The notes under the pieces are model-generated. The model was not told where the DNA came from, ran no database searches, and was given only the letters and a program-made list of their open reading frames with translations. Positions 9,656-20,171 of a DNA stretch of 64,000 bases are shown here, one piece after another; the stretch's first letter is position 1; every line of letters starts with the position of its first letter. The translations under genes were made by a program, and so were the position numbers. The DNA is from an uncultured Pseudomonadota bacterium (GTDB lineage: Bacteria; Oederibacteriota; Muellerivitia; Muellerivitales; Muellerivitaceae), in the NCBI GenBank assembly GCA_963843375.1, contig CAWJKT010000010.1, forward strand, positions 105,424 through 169,423, written 5' to 3'.

Positions 9656-10423
9656 GTGAGAATCTCGCGACTTCTTCATAACGGCAAACCCCGCTGGGCC
9701 ATGATGCTGGAATCCGGGGACACTTACCGTCTTTTTCATTCCGACGAACCCTGGAACGACCAGACTTTTGACCCCAAATCCTATCCGGTTCATTCCGAAA
9801 ACCTTTTGGCTCCTGCCCTTCCAAGTAAAATTGTCGCCGTGGGTCTGAATTATCGCGACCACATTCAGGAAATGAAACATGAGGACCACAAGGAGCCGGT
9901 TCTTTTCCTGAAACCACCCTCCGCTTTGTTGAAACCGGAAGGTAAAATCCTGTATCCTCCCTCATCTTCACGCGTAGATTACGAGGCCGAATTGGCTGTT
10001 GTGCTGAAAAGCCGCTTGCGTAAAGCTGGCCCCAAAGAAGCCCTGGAAGCCGTTTGGGGATTCACCTGTTGCAATGACGTGACGGCCCGGGATTTGCAGA
10101 AAACGGACGGTCAGTGGACAAGGGCCAAGGGGTTCGACAGCTTTTGTCCCCTGGGTCCCTGGCTGGTAACGGATTTTTTGGAGAAAAACCAAAAAATATT
10201 ATGCCGGGTAAATGGGGAAACAAAACAATCCGCGAAGATTTCCATGAGGATTTGGAACACGGCTGAATTACTTTCTTTTGTTTCAAAAGTCATGACCTTG
10301 GAACCCTTGGATGTCTTGACTACGGGAACCCCTTCCGGGATTGGGCCCGTAAATCCGGGGGATATCGTTGAAGTTGAAGTAGAAGGAATTGGCATTCTAC
10401 GAAATCAAGTTGCAGCTATTTAG
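9656..10423 (+). CDS. Fumarylacetoacetate hydrolase (FAH) family protein
   Basis: 255 aa, GTG start; FAH-family fold signature (…VGLNYRDHIQE…YEAELAVVL…CNDVTARDLQ…). Confidence 0.85.
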   Translation: MRISRLLHNGKPRWAMMLESGDTYRLFHSDEPWNDQTFDPKSYPVHSENLLAPALPSKIVAVGLNYRDHIQEMKHEDHKEPVLFLKPPSALLKPEGKILYPPSSSRVDYEAELAVVLKSRLRKAGPKEALEAVWGFTCCNDVTARDLQKTDGQWTRAKGFDSFCPLGPWLVTDFLEKNQKILCRVNGETKQSAKISMRIWNTAELLSFVSKVMTLEPLDVLTTGTPSGIGPVNPGDIVEVEVEGIGILRNQVAAI

Positions 10424-10437
10424 ACGCGGAGGAACAA

Positions 10438-11604
10438 ATGGATTTCCCACAAGCCGAACGGATGAAAAAATTTCCACCTTATCTTTTTATCGAAATGGAT
10501 AAAAAGAAAAAAGCGGCCATCGAAAAAGGCGTGGACATCATAAGCCTGGCCATAGGCGACCCCGATTTGGCCACTCCCGATTTCATTGTGGAGGCCCTTT
10601 ACAAAGCCGCCAAAGACAAGGCCAACCACCAGTATCCGCTAGGGCCGGGGCTACCCAAGTTTCGCGAGGCCGTGGCCTATTGGTATGACCGCCGCTTTGG
10701 GGTCAAGCTTGACTGGAAAGATGAAGTGGTGGCCTTGATTGGCTCCAAGGAAGGAATTGGTCATCTTCCAATTGGGATCATCAACCCCGGGGATGTGGTT
10801 CTCATGCCTTCGCCTGGATATCCGGTTTATCATGCGGGAACACTTTTTGCTGGAGGTGAATCTTATTTCATGCCGCTTTTGGAAAAGAACAATTTTTTAC
10901 CCGATTTGGACGCCATTCCGACTGGATGTTCTCAAAAGAGCTAAACTGATTTGGACCAATTCGCCCAATAATCCCACTGCTGTCCTCGCGGGAAAGGATT
11001 TTTTCACCAAAGTGATTGCATTCGCCCAAAAACATCAATCTCATCGTGGCCAACGACGCCGCTTATACCGAAATCTATTACGACGGGGAAAAAGCCGATC
11101 AGTTTCCTGGAACTTCCGGGTGCCAAGGAAGTCGGTGTGGAATTTCATTCCCTTTCGAAAACTTTCAATATGACCGGTTGGCGTGTGGGTTTTGCCGTGG
11201 GAAACAAAAGCGTCGTGAAGGCTCTGGCCGATGTGAAAGGAAACCTAGATTCGGGTGTTTTCAACCCCGTCCAATACGCGGGAATTGCGGCCTTGGAAGC
11301 GCCCGATTCGGTCACGGAAAATATTCGTAAAATCTACCAGGAACGCCGGGATATTTTTGCCGCGGGTTTGAAAAAACTGGGATGGCAATTCCATGTTCCC
11401 AAAGCCGCTTTTTACTTCTGGGTCAAGGTGCCAAACGGCATGACTTCCGCCGATTGGTGCGGAAAGGTATTGGAAGAGGCTGGAATCGTAGTCACACCGG
11501 GCAACGGATTTGGCAAGGAAGGCGAAGGCTATTTCCGCATGACCATTACGGTGGATAAAGCCCGCCTGGAAGAAGCGATACAAAGACTAGGAAAACTCAA
11601 ATAA
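10438..11604 (+). CDS. dapL: LL-diaminopimelate aminotransferase; at least 3 apparent frameshifts
   Basis: Three overlapping ORFs (10438-10944, 10739-11173, 11137-11604) tile a class-I aminotransferase with DapL-type N-terminus (…KFPPYLFIEMDKKK…); SLSKTFNMTGWRVG PLP-lysine motif. Confidence 0.75.
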
Positions 11605-11619
11605 GATGACGGTCGGTTG

Positions 11620-11646
11620 TTGATAAGGCCATTAGTTATCTATAAT
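11620..11646 (+). promoter_or_regulatory. Putative promoter TTGATA-15 nt-TATAAT upstream of folK
   Basis: Strong hexamers but a short 15-nt spacer. Confidence 0.3.
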
Positions 11647-11690
11647 CCTCTGCACCAACCGTCTACCAGCGGCTAAAAGCTGGGAATTAA

Positions 11691-12132
11691 ATGGCTTTGG
11701 TTTATTTGTCTTTAGGGTCAAATTTGGGTAATCGGGACTTAATACTTAGCACAAGCCCGGAAGGCCATCGAGAAATCATTTTCCATCGTCCGATTCTCAA
11801 AGTTTACGAAACCGAACCCGTGGATGTTACGGACCAACCCTGGTTTTTGAACCAAGTGGCCGAATTGCAGACCGACTTGGCGCCGGAAACTTTGCTAGAA
11901 TGGGCACGGGTTTTGGAAAGCCAAGCCGGACGCCAAAGGGACATCCCCAAAAGGCCCACGGACTTTGGACATTGATATATTGCTTTATGATGACTGGATT
12001 TTGGATGTCGAAGAGCTGGTGTTGCCCCACCCGCGCCTGGAGCAACGACGGCATGTTTTAGTACCTTTAATGGAACTATCGCCGGAAAGGATCCTTCCGA
12101 CCACGTCAAAAAACGGTCCGGGAAGCCCTTGA
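11691..12132 (+). CDS. folK: 2-amino-4-hydroxy-6-hydroxymethyldihydropteridine pyrophosphokinase (HPPK); apparent frameshift near 11950
   Basis: N-terminus MALVYLSLGSNLGNR…; after a frame change GPRTLDIDILLYDDWILDVEELVLPHPRLEQRRHVLVPLMELSPE matches the HPPK core. Confidence 0.75.
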
Positions 12133-12166
12133 AACAAGTAAAAGACTTCGGCACAGGTTAAAACCC

Positions 12167-12810
12167 ATGCTTCACCATAAATATATCGCGATCGAGGGTC
12201 CGATTGGTGTGGGGAAAACCAGTCTGGCGGATATCCTCGCCAAAAAACTAAACTCCCGTTTGATATTGGAAGGTGCGGAAGAAAATCCATTCATTACCGA
12301 GTTCTATAAAGACATCAAAAAACACGCTTTCCAAACCCAAATGTTTTTCCTTCTTTCCCGATACCGCCAACAGCAGGAAATGACCCAAAGCGACCTTTTC
12401 CAGCAAGGCATTGTGAGCGACTACGTTTTCGCCAAGGACCGGATTTTCGCCAACCTAACTTTGGACGACAATGAGTTAAAACTTTATGAACAAATTCATT
12501 CCATTTTAGGTGGCGGGTTTTGAAACCCGATTTTGTCATCTATCTCCAGGCTTCCACTGATGTTCTCTTGAAACGAATCTCCATGCGGGGTCGGAAATTT
12601 GAAAACCAAATCACAGGGGATTACTTGGCGGAATTGAATCAGGCCTATAACTATTATTTCTTCCACTATCAGGAAACTCCTTTGATGGTCGTCAATACAA
12701 GTGAGATCGATTTTGTCCACCGGGACGCGGACCTGGACGATCTTTTGACTCACATGGCGAAAGTCACCAAGGGAACGGTTTATTACCAACCCGTCAGCGT
12801 GAAAAAATAA
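12167..12810 (+). CDS. Deoxynucleoside kinase family protein; apparent frameshift near 12510
   Basis: P-loop IAIEGPIGVGKTS plus dNK-type motifs; two ORFs (12167-12523, 12520-12810) join into one ~210-aa protein. Confidence 0.75.
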
Positions 12811-13626
12811 TGTCCGCCAAACAAACACCATATTGGATTTCCAAAACAAGTGCGACCGGGGTGAAAAACTCGTTGTGGTGACGGCTTATGATTATTCCAT
12901 GGCTTTGGCGGTTGATGCCGCCGGGGTGGATGCCATTCTCGTGGGGGACAGCCTTTCCATGACCATGTTGGGCCGTCCCAATACTCTTTCGGCCACGATG
13001 GATGAGATGATCCACCACACCAAGGCGGTTACAAAGGGGGTCAAGAATGCCCTTATTATAGGGGACCTACCTTTTCTTTCTTATCAACTTGGGACTGGAA
13101 GAGGCTTTGGATAACGCCGGAGCCTTCCTCACCGAAGCTGGAGCCCAAGCGGTGAAACTGGAATGGTGTCCGCAAGCCCCCGAAGTAACGGCCTTTTTGG
13201 TTGAGAATGGGATTCCGGTCATGGGCCACGTGGGTTTTACCCCTCAACATGTTAACCAATTAGGGGGCTATCACTCCCAAGGTAAGGACAAGTCCACTGC
13301 CTTAAAATTACTTCAACAAGCAAAAGCATTGGAAAAGGCGGGCGCTTTTTCGGTGGTTTTGGAATTGGTGCCGGCAGAAGTGGCAAAAAAAATAACCGAT
13401 TCACTTCGAATTCCAACAATTGGTATTGGTGCCGGACCCTTATTGTGACGGCCAAGTCCAGGTCCTTCACGACCTTTTGGGATTGCTTCCCGACTTTCAT
13501 CCCAAACACGCCAAAGCTTATCTTAAACTGCACGAAGCTATTCGTGATGCCGTCCAACAATATGCCTATGGAAGTAAGAACCCAAAAATTCCCCAAGTAA
13601 GGCATCATCCCAAAGGTCCCCAATGA
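12810..13626 (+). CDS. panB: 3-methyl-2-oxobutanoate hydroxymethyltransferase; at least 3 apparent frameshifts
   Basis: Pieces in three frames: MSAKQT…, [44 protein letters not shown]…MIHHT…, then [24 protein letters not shown]… and a C-terminal segment; start ATG overlaps the kinase stop. Confidence 0.75.
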
Positions 13627-14468
13627 AAACTATCGTAGCTCCTTTCGAAGTCCATAAGCTTGTCCGGAAATGGCGTCAAACCCAAAAAACAATTGGTTTT
13701 GTACCGACGATGGGCGCCCTCCATGAAGGTCATTTGGAATTGGTGCGGACCTGCCGCAAGCAAAACAAGATACCGTTGTTTCGATTTATGTGAATCCCCT
13801 CCAGTTCGGTCCCCATGAGGATTTCAACCAATATCCCCGGATGATGGAAAAGGACTTGGAACTCCTCCAAAAAGAAAAAGTTCATTTGCTTTACAACCCA
13901 ACGAACCGGGAAATGTACCCGAAAGGATTTTCCACTGAAATCAAAGTTAAGGGACCACTGGTCGAAGGTCTTTGCGCGCCCTATCGCCCCGGACACTTTG
14001 ACGGCGTGGCCACGGTGGTGGTTAAACTTTTGGGAGCCGTTCAACCCGACCGGCTTTACCTTGGCCAAAAAGACGCACAACAAGCCGCTGTCCTAAAAAA
14101 GGTGATCGCAGATCTTGAACATTGCGACCCAGACAGTGACATGCCCAATCGTCCGTGAACATGATGGACTGGCCATGAGCTCCCGGAATCAAAAATTAAG
14201 TTTGGAAGGACGGAATATTGCGCCTGTCCTTTACAGAGCGTTGAAAGTGGGGAAGAGCATCGTGGAATTGGGAGAAACCGAGTAGTCGAAAAAGTGCTGG
14301 AAGAAATAAAAAAAGTGATTGCTGATGAACGTAAAGTCAAGATTCAATACTTGGAGGCGGTAAAAGCCGAAAGCTTGGAGCCTGTAAAGCGAAATAAATC
14401 CGGGCACGACTGATTGCCTTGGCGGCCTACCTTGACAATGTCCGGTTGATTGACAATATTGTTATCTA
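13623..14468 (+). CDS. panC: Pantoate-beta-alanine ligase; about 4 apparent frameshifts
   Basis: [37 protein letters not shown]… (HxGH), then in other frames …[16 protein letters not shown]…[10 protein letters not shown]…[10 protein letters not shown]… and …SSRNQKLS… ending …[15 protein letters not shown]. Confidence 0.7.
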
Positions 14469-14601
14469 ACAGAAAACCGATTGTTATTTCGAATCGCAGA
14501 AAGACGGAAATGACCTTAAATAAGGCATTGCTTCTTGAAGGCTGGATGCGTCCGGTCTTTCGGTTAAACTGTCGAATATTGAATCCCAATTCGAGGAAAA
14601 C

Positions 14602-14976
14602 ATGGCCCGTACATTCGTTAAATCCAAGATCCATCAAGTGAGTGGTTACTCAAACCGAACTTTGGTACGAGGGAAGTATCACGCTGGATTCAAAATTGAT
14701 GAAAGCCGCAGACATCGCCCCTTATGAGCAGGTTCACGTCTTGAATCTTAACAACGGCAGCCGGATCGCTACTTATGCCATTGAAGGGAAAGCCCAATTC
14801 GGGGGTCGTGTGCATGAACGGGGCGGCGGCCCGGCACACTGAGATCGGTGACAAGCTCATCGTTCTTGACTTATGAAAGTTTTCCCCAGGCACCTTCCGC
14901 CGGTTATTCTCCGACCGTAGTTTCGGTCAACGCGGAGAACAAAGTCACGAAGGTAAAGAGAGGAAGCTTGACCATG
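14602..14976 (+). CDS. panD: Aspartate 1-decarboxylase; about 3 apparent frameshifts, true stop unclear
   Basis: MARTFVKSKIH… then YEGSITLDSKLMKAADIAPYEQVHVLNLNNGSRIATYAIEG… then NGAAAR…; the reading frame runs into nadA, so the native stop is lost or fused. Confidence 0.6.
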
Positions 14977-15909
14977 TCACTTGACCTGTTTTTAGATGAC
15001 ACGGAACTTATTGCCCGCATCCAGGAACTGAAAAAGGAGCGAAAGCCATTATTTTGGCCCATAGTTATGAGCGGCCCGGAAGTACAGGATATCGCTGATT
15101 ATGTCGGGGATTCTCTGGAACTTTCCCGTTTGGCGGCAAAGACGGATGCCGATGTCATCGTTTTTTGCAGCGTCCATTTCATGGCGGAAACCGCCAAAAT
15201 CCTTTCACCCCAAAAAACCGTTTTATTGCCCGCCGCTGAAGCGGGTTGCCCACTGGCCGATATGATCACGCCCGCCCAATTGGAAGCGGAAAAAGCCAAG
15301 TATCCGAATGCCGCGGTGGTGGCCTATGTCAATTGTTCCGCCGAAATCAAGTCCATGGCCGACGTCTGCTGTACTTCGGCGAATGCCCTTCAGGTCGTAA
15401 ATGCCATGCCCCAGGAAGAAATTCTTTTCGTGCCCGACCACCACCTGGGCCGCTGGGTGCAGACCCAGACGCATAAAAAAATGATCCTCTGGGCAGGCTG
15501 CTGTCCGACGCATCAGCGGATGAAGCCCAAGGACATCATCGCCCTCAAGCAGGAACATCCGGACGCGGTCGTGGTGGTCCATCCCGAGAGCAACGAGGAT
15601 ATCTGCAACATGGCGGACGCCATCCTTTCGACGTCCCAAATGCTGCGTTATTGCCAGGGCTCACCGGCCAAAACCTTCATCATCGGCACCGAAATGGGTA
15701 TGCTGCACCGTCTGCGAACATCCATGCCGGAAAAAAGTTTCCTTCTTCCGACCAAAAGTCTTATTTGCCCCAACATGAAAATGACCCAATTGGAAGATGT
15801 TTACGAGTCCTTGAAGGAACTCCAACATCCCATCGAAATTCCCGAACCCATCCGGATCAAGGCGCTCAAAGCTCTCGACGGCATGTTGGCGGCGGTTCCC
15901 ACGAAGTGA
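14974..15909 (+). CDS. nadA: Quinolinate synthase A (with a compensating indel pair at ~15047/15078)
   Basis: ATG after an AGAGGAAG RBS; conserved …EVQDIADYVGDSLELSR…VHFMAETAKIL…; a 10-codon stretch reads KPLFWPIVMSGP where the family consensus AIILAHSYERP is recovered by -1/+1 indels. Confidence 0.85.
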   Translation: MSLDLFLDDTELIARIQELKKERKPLFWPIVMSGPEVQDIADYVGDSLELSRLAAKTDADVIVFCSVHFMAETAKILSPQKTVLLPAAEAGCPLADMITPAQLEAEKAKYPNAAVVAYVNCSAEIKSMADVCCTSANALQVVNAMPQEEILFVPDHHLGRWVQTQTHKKMILWAGCCPTHQRMKPKDIIALKQEHPDAVVVVHPESNEDICNMADAILSTSQMLRYCQGSPAKTFIIGTEMGMLHRLRTSMPEKSFLLPTKSLICPNMKMTQLEDVYESLKELQHPIEIPEPIRIKALKALDGMLAAVPTK

Positions 15910-16742
15910 AAAGGGCTCCATCCAGGCGCCTTGGAATCGTCGGTTGTGGCGCCATCGGTTCGCTGGTAGCCCGTCTCCTTGAAAATAAAAAATCTTCCTT
16001 TCGCGTTACCGCACTTTTCGACATTAACCGCTCATCCGCTGTTGGACTCTCAAACAAATTGAAATCTCGACCTGCTATTTGTGCCCGGAGTAAGTTCCGT
16101 TGCTCGAGAAATGCGACATCGTTTTGGAAGCGGCTTCCGTTCCGAGCGTCGCTTGCTATTGCTATTTCCGCATTGAAAAAAAAGAAACCCATCGTGATGA
16201 TGAGCACCGGGGGATTTCTTCTTCATCAAAAACAATTGGAAAAACTAGCCCGGCGTTACCGGACCAAAATTCATCTTCCCTCAGGAGCCCTTTGCGGATT
16301 GGACGGTTTAAAAGCCGCCCGGCAAATCGGTGAAATAAGGGAATTGCGCATCACCTCCACTAAACCATCCAAGGAGTTTTGAGGGGGCTCCCGGTTTAAC
16401 CTCATGCTCAAAAACAAATTGCTTTCCAAAAGAAAAACCCCTTTTTATCTTTATCGCGGGGATGTTTGGGGAGCTATCCATCGTTTTCCGGCTAATATCA
16501 ATGTGGCCGCGACAACGGCTTTGGCTTCTGGAAATCCCCAAAAACTCAAAGTTCGGATCATGGCCGATCCAAAAACCAAATTTAATCAGCACGAAATTCA
16601 TGTTTCAGGTGATTTTGGCGAGTTGACAGCTGTCTCTCGCAACTTTCCTTCAAAGCAGAACCCCAAAACCAGCGCCTTAGCCATACAAGCGGCCCTCGCG
16701 CTCTTTGAGCGTTTGGAAAGTTATGTGGAAGTGGGAAACTGA
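15906..16742 (+). CDS. nadX: L-aspartate dehydrogenase; about 4 apparent frameshifts
   Basis: GTG start overlapping the nadA stop (GTGA); LGIVGCGAIGSLVARLL Rossmann motif; downstream segments in other frames (…LLEKCDIVLEAASVPSVA…, …FPANINVAATTALASGNPQKLKVRIMADP…HEIHVSGDFGELTA…NPKTSALA…). Confidence 0.7.
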
Positions 16743-17728
16743 TGCCAGAACCATCGACTACCGGCGTTCCCTGCGCGATTCAAATAAGGAATCTTTCGAA
16801 AACATATAAAACCGGTTTTTGGTTCACCCCCAAAATCACTCACGCCCTTAAAAATCTTCACTTGGATGTTTACGAAAATCAGGCTTTCGGCCTAATGGGT
16901 CTTGAATGGGGCCGGAAAAACAACGGTTATTAAGTTGGTCTTGGGTCTTTTGAAACCTACGAAAGGATCCATTGAGGTTTTAGGCGGAAAAATTTCCAAT
17001 AGTCAAGTCCGCAAGCAAATAGGATATCTTTCCGAATTGCCCTATTTTTCCAAACAGCATACCGGTCAGGGAGTTACTTGAATATTTTGGCTCCTTGCAT
17101 GGCTTAGTCGGGTTAGCCACTCTGGCCCACCGGGTGGATGAAATTTTGAATTAGTCAGAATGACTCCGACCTGCCAAAGATAAAGTTTCCGGATATTCCA
17201 AAGGAATGCTCCAGCGCATCGGAATAGGTCAGGCGCTTATTGGAAAACCCACAACTCCTTATTTGCGATGAACCCATGAGTGGCCTGGACCCTGTGGGTT
17301 ACAAGGAGATGCGGGATATATTCATCGACTTGAAAAAAACAGGAACGACCCTTTTTCTAAACACCCACATCTTGGATGAAGTGGAACGTATTTGCGATCA
17401 GTATCGGAATTCTCCATGACGGAATGTTGAAAGAAACGGTACCTACATGTCCAAAATCCTGGAGTCTTCCGTTCCGGTGGATTATTGGGTGGATGTGGAG
17501 AAGGCGGAGGCGGCCAAATTGTCGGGCATGCCGTTTCAGGACGCTATCCACCATAATGGTGGGGTTCAAATAACGGGTTTGGTGCTTGCGGAAACCCTCG
17601 CTCTTTTAAACTCCCGAAAAGCCAAAATAAAGGGAGTGCGGCCCCTTTCCTCATTGGTGGAGGCTTATTTCCTTAATGCGATCGGGGCTCAAGACCATTT
17701 GACCCGGTCCCTTCGGAGGAGGAAAAAC
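16742..17728 (+). pseudogene. ABC transporter ATP-binding protein (ABC-2 type), multiply frameshifted
   Basis: Walker A region corrupted (…GLMGLEWGRKNNGY vs expected GxxGAGKTT, recovered in another frame: TVIKLVLGLLKPTKGSIEVLGG…); signature LSGGMLQRIG-like and Walker B/H-loop segments appear in shifted frames; no clean stop before the permease. Confidence 0.55.
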
Positions 17729-18507
17729 ATGAATCGAATTCTAGCCGTAGGAAATTTTACTTACCGGGAATTGATCCGAAGCAAGATGCTGTTTATTTGG
17801 CTAATTAGCGTGGTAGTATTTGTGGTCTGGCTTTTCTTTTGTCCATCCTGAGTTTTGGCAGCGTCCTTGAGATATTCATGGATTTGGGATTAACCGGAAT
17901 GGAAATATCGGGGTTGTTGGTTCTCGATTTTAAGTCTGGCCGTGACCTACACGACGGAAATGGATCAAAAAGCCATTTACCTCCATTTAGCCAAACCCCT
18001 CACGAAGGGAGAATATCTCTTGGGTCGAATTCTGGGTTTTTATGGGGTGATTTTGTTGGTGGTACTCGGGATGGGTTTGGTGGTAGTCGGATTGTTGTTT
18101 TTGTCGGGGGTGGCCAGATTCCCCCGCTCTTTCTACGATTGTGTTGTTTTCATCCTATTGGAAATGTTCGTCCTAACCGATTCTGGGGTTGACTTATCCA
18201 AATGATCGCCACTTCCATGGTAGGAGTCGTGCTTTACACCTTTCTTCACTATTTTCCTGGGCCATTGCATCGGTGAAGTGGAATGGCTTTTAAACCAGCA
18301 AATCGCCCAATGGGTTAAAGTTCTTTTGAAGATGATTTATTACATCTTCCAAACTTGGAAGTTTTTAATTTGAAAGACCGGATTTATGATCCCACCATGG
18401 TTTTGGGTTGGACCCAGTGGCAAGAAGTCCTCCTTTACGCCTTGGCTTATTCTTTAACCGTCTTTCTGATCGGATGGATGAATTTGGAAAAAAGGGAATT
18501 TAAATGA
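17729..18507 (+). pseudogene. ABC-2 family permease, multiply frameshifted
   Basis: MNRILAVGNFTYRELIRSKMLFIWLISVVVF… then TM-rich pieces in other frames (…KPLTKGEYLLGRILGFYGVILLVVLGMGLVVVGL…) to a stop at 18505-18507. Confidence 0.5.
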
Positions 18508-18603
18508 ACACGAGTTCGCTTTATGACAGGATTTTAAATTGGGCACCGGGGTTGATTATGGTGGCTGTTTCTAACCCAGGCTTTTCTTTCCCGATCTAGA
18601 ATC

Positions 18604-19216
18604 ATGGGTACATCCCGAATCTTTCGAAGTTGGCGGGGTCATCAAAAAATGGATCAAAGAGTTTCATCCACTTTACGAGCCGTGGCTTTTTTAAGCGGAT
18701 ACAAAGTGCTCGTGGGACATGTCTTTTGGATTGAGGTGATTCAGTACTATGGGGACTCAGATAACGCGGCGACTCGCGTTTTTCAAAATTATATGATTAC
18801 TGCAGTTTGGCTTCGGATCTTAATCCCCAATTTATCTCCATTTATACCTTTGGCGGCCGCCGCCTTGGCGTTTCATTTGAAACGAATCGACGAAGGCGAC
18901 GCAATTATTGGAAAAAGGGATAAAGTCCAATCCCCACGCCGAACGGCTTAAGTTTCTCCTGGCCGCCATTCTTTACCAACACACCGAAAAGGAAGAGGAT
19001 TTGATTCCAGTCCTTGAGGAGGAAGCGGGGCGCCCTGACGCACCCCCGATGCTGGTGAACATATTGGCCAATACGTATAAAAAAGTGGGCCGCTACCAGG
19101 ATGCCATCCGGGTTTGGAAAAAAATTCTCCAAACTGGTGAAACGGATATGCAAAGGATCACGGCCGCCCAAAAGCTTCAGGAGCTTTACCTGATTACCAA
19201 GGTTGCCAAGCCTTGA
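18604..19216 (+). CDS. Hypothetical protein (two ORFs possibly joined by a frameshift near 18910)
   Basis: ORFs 18604-18951 and 18908-19216 are co-directional and overlapping; no recognisable family. Confidence 0.3.
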
Positions 19217-19232
19217 GGTTCTGGAATACTCA

Positions 19233-20171
19233 ATGATCCATCTTGTCACCCTTAATCCCGCGTTGGACTTGGAACTTCGATTAAAAGAACCGATCCAGGG
19301 AAAAATTGGGGAGGTTTTGGAGTCGAACGTGGAAGCTGGCGGCAAAGCTCTCAATATCGCCCGATTTTTTCGAAAATGGAGGATACCGGCCAGGACCTGG
19401 TTGGGAACCGGCGGGGGAAATCACCCCACCCATCATCTTTATCGTTCTTTGCTGGCAAGGGAAGGACTGGCCCCCTATTACCTCAGTTCAAAAGTTCCCA
19501 TCCGGTTAAATGTAGTGGTGGAAAACAATCGAAAAACAAAAAAATATAATCATCCCGGTTTCGAACTGGATTTAGGAGAATTCGGCCGTTTGGATAAGGC
19601 AGTTAAAAAAGATGATCTATTGGTAATGACGGGCCGACTTCCCAAGGGAATGAATCCAGCCCTTTATGGGTCTTGGATACAAGTCTTCAAGCGCAGAGGT
19701 GTTTGGACAGTGGTCGATAGCTCAGGCCCGGCTCTTCGAGAAGCTCTTAAGGCCAAACCTTGGTTTTTCAAAGTGAATCTTTACGAATTTTCGGAATCGA
19801 TTCACCGCAAATTATCCGGGTTAAAGCAGGTTTATCAATACTTGCCAAACCTCTTTAAATCCGGTCTTTTCCACGGAGCTGTGACGAATGGAATCGAAGG
19901 CGCGTTGCTTTGGAACGGTAAAGAAGTTTGTTGGGTCAAGTCTCCCCAAAAGGTAATCGGACGTATGGTCGTGGGAGCGGGAGATGGTTTTTTAGCGGGA
20001 TATTTAAAGAGCCGGCAAACTGGAAAAAACTTCATCGAATGCGCCCGCCTGGCATCCGCCACCGGCACGGCGGTTGCTTTAACCGGAATTATGGGCTTTG
20101 AACCTCGATTAATCTCCCGTTTAGCCAAAAGCATAAAAGTGAAAAAGTTTAAGGATCTCAATGAATCTTGA
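19233..20171 (+). CDS. PfkB-family carbohydrate kinase (1-phosphofructokinase/tagatose-6-P kinase-like)
   Basis: MIHLVTLNPALD N-terminus, GGKALNIAR, C-terminal GAGDGFLAGYL motif. Confidence 0.75.
   Translation: MIHLVTLNPALDLELRLKEPIQGKIGEVLESNVEAGGKALNIARFFRKWRIPARTWLGTGGGNHPTHHLYRSLLAREGLAPYYLSSKVPIRLNVVVENNRKTKKYNHPGFELDLGEFGRLDKAVKKDDLLVMTGRLPKGMNPALYGSWIQVFKRRGVWTVVDSSGPALREALKAKPWFFKVNLYEFSESIHRKLSGLKQVYQYLPNLFKSGLFHGAVTNGIEGALLWNGKEVCWVKSPQKVIGRMVVGAGDGFLAGYLKSRQTGKNFIECARLASATGTAVALTGIMGFEPRLISRLAKSIKVKKFKDLNES

Noticed and set aside
11605-11690. Long-range pairing gacggtcggttg…caaccgtc in the dapL-folK gap as a terminator
   Set aside because: Imperfect, ~40-nt loop, no T-tract; the promoter-like hexamers there are the more plausible feature.
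10438-18507. Programmed ribosomal frameshifting or a genetic-code change explaining interrupted ORFs
   Set aside because: Far too many events, no slippery heptamers at the junctions, and the stops result from frame changes rather than in-frame TGA/TAG read-through. Indels or pseudogenisation explain them.
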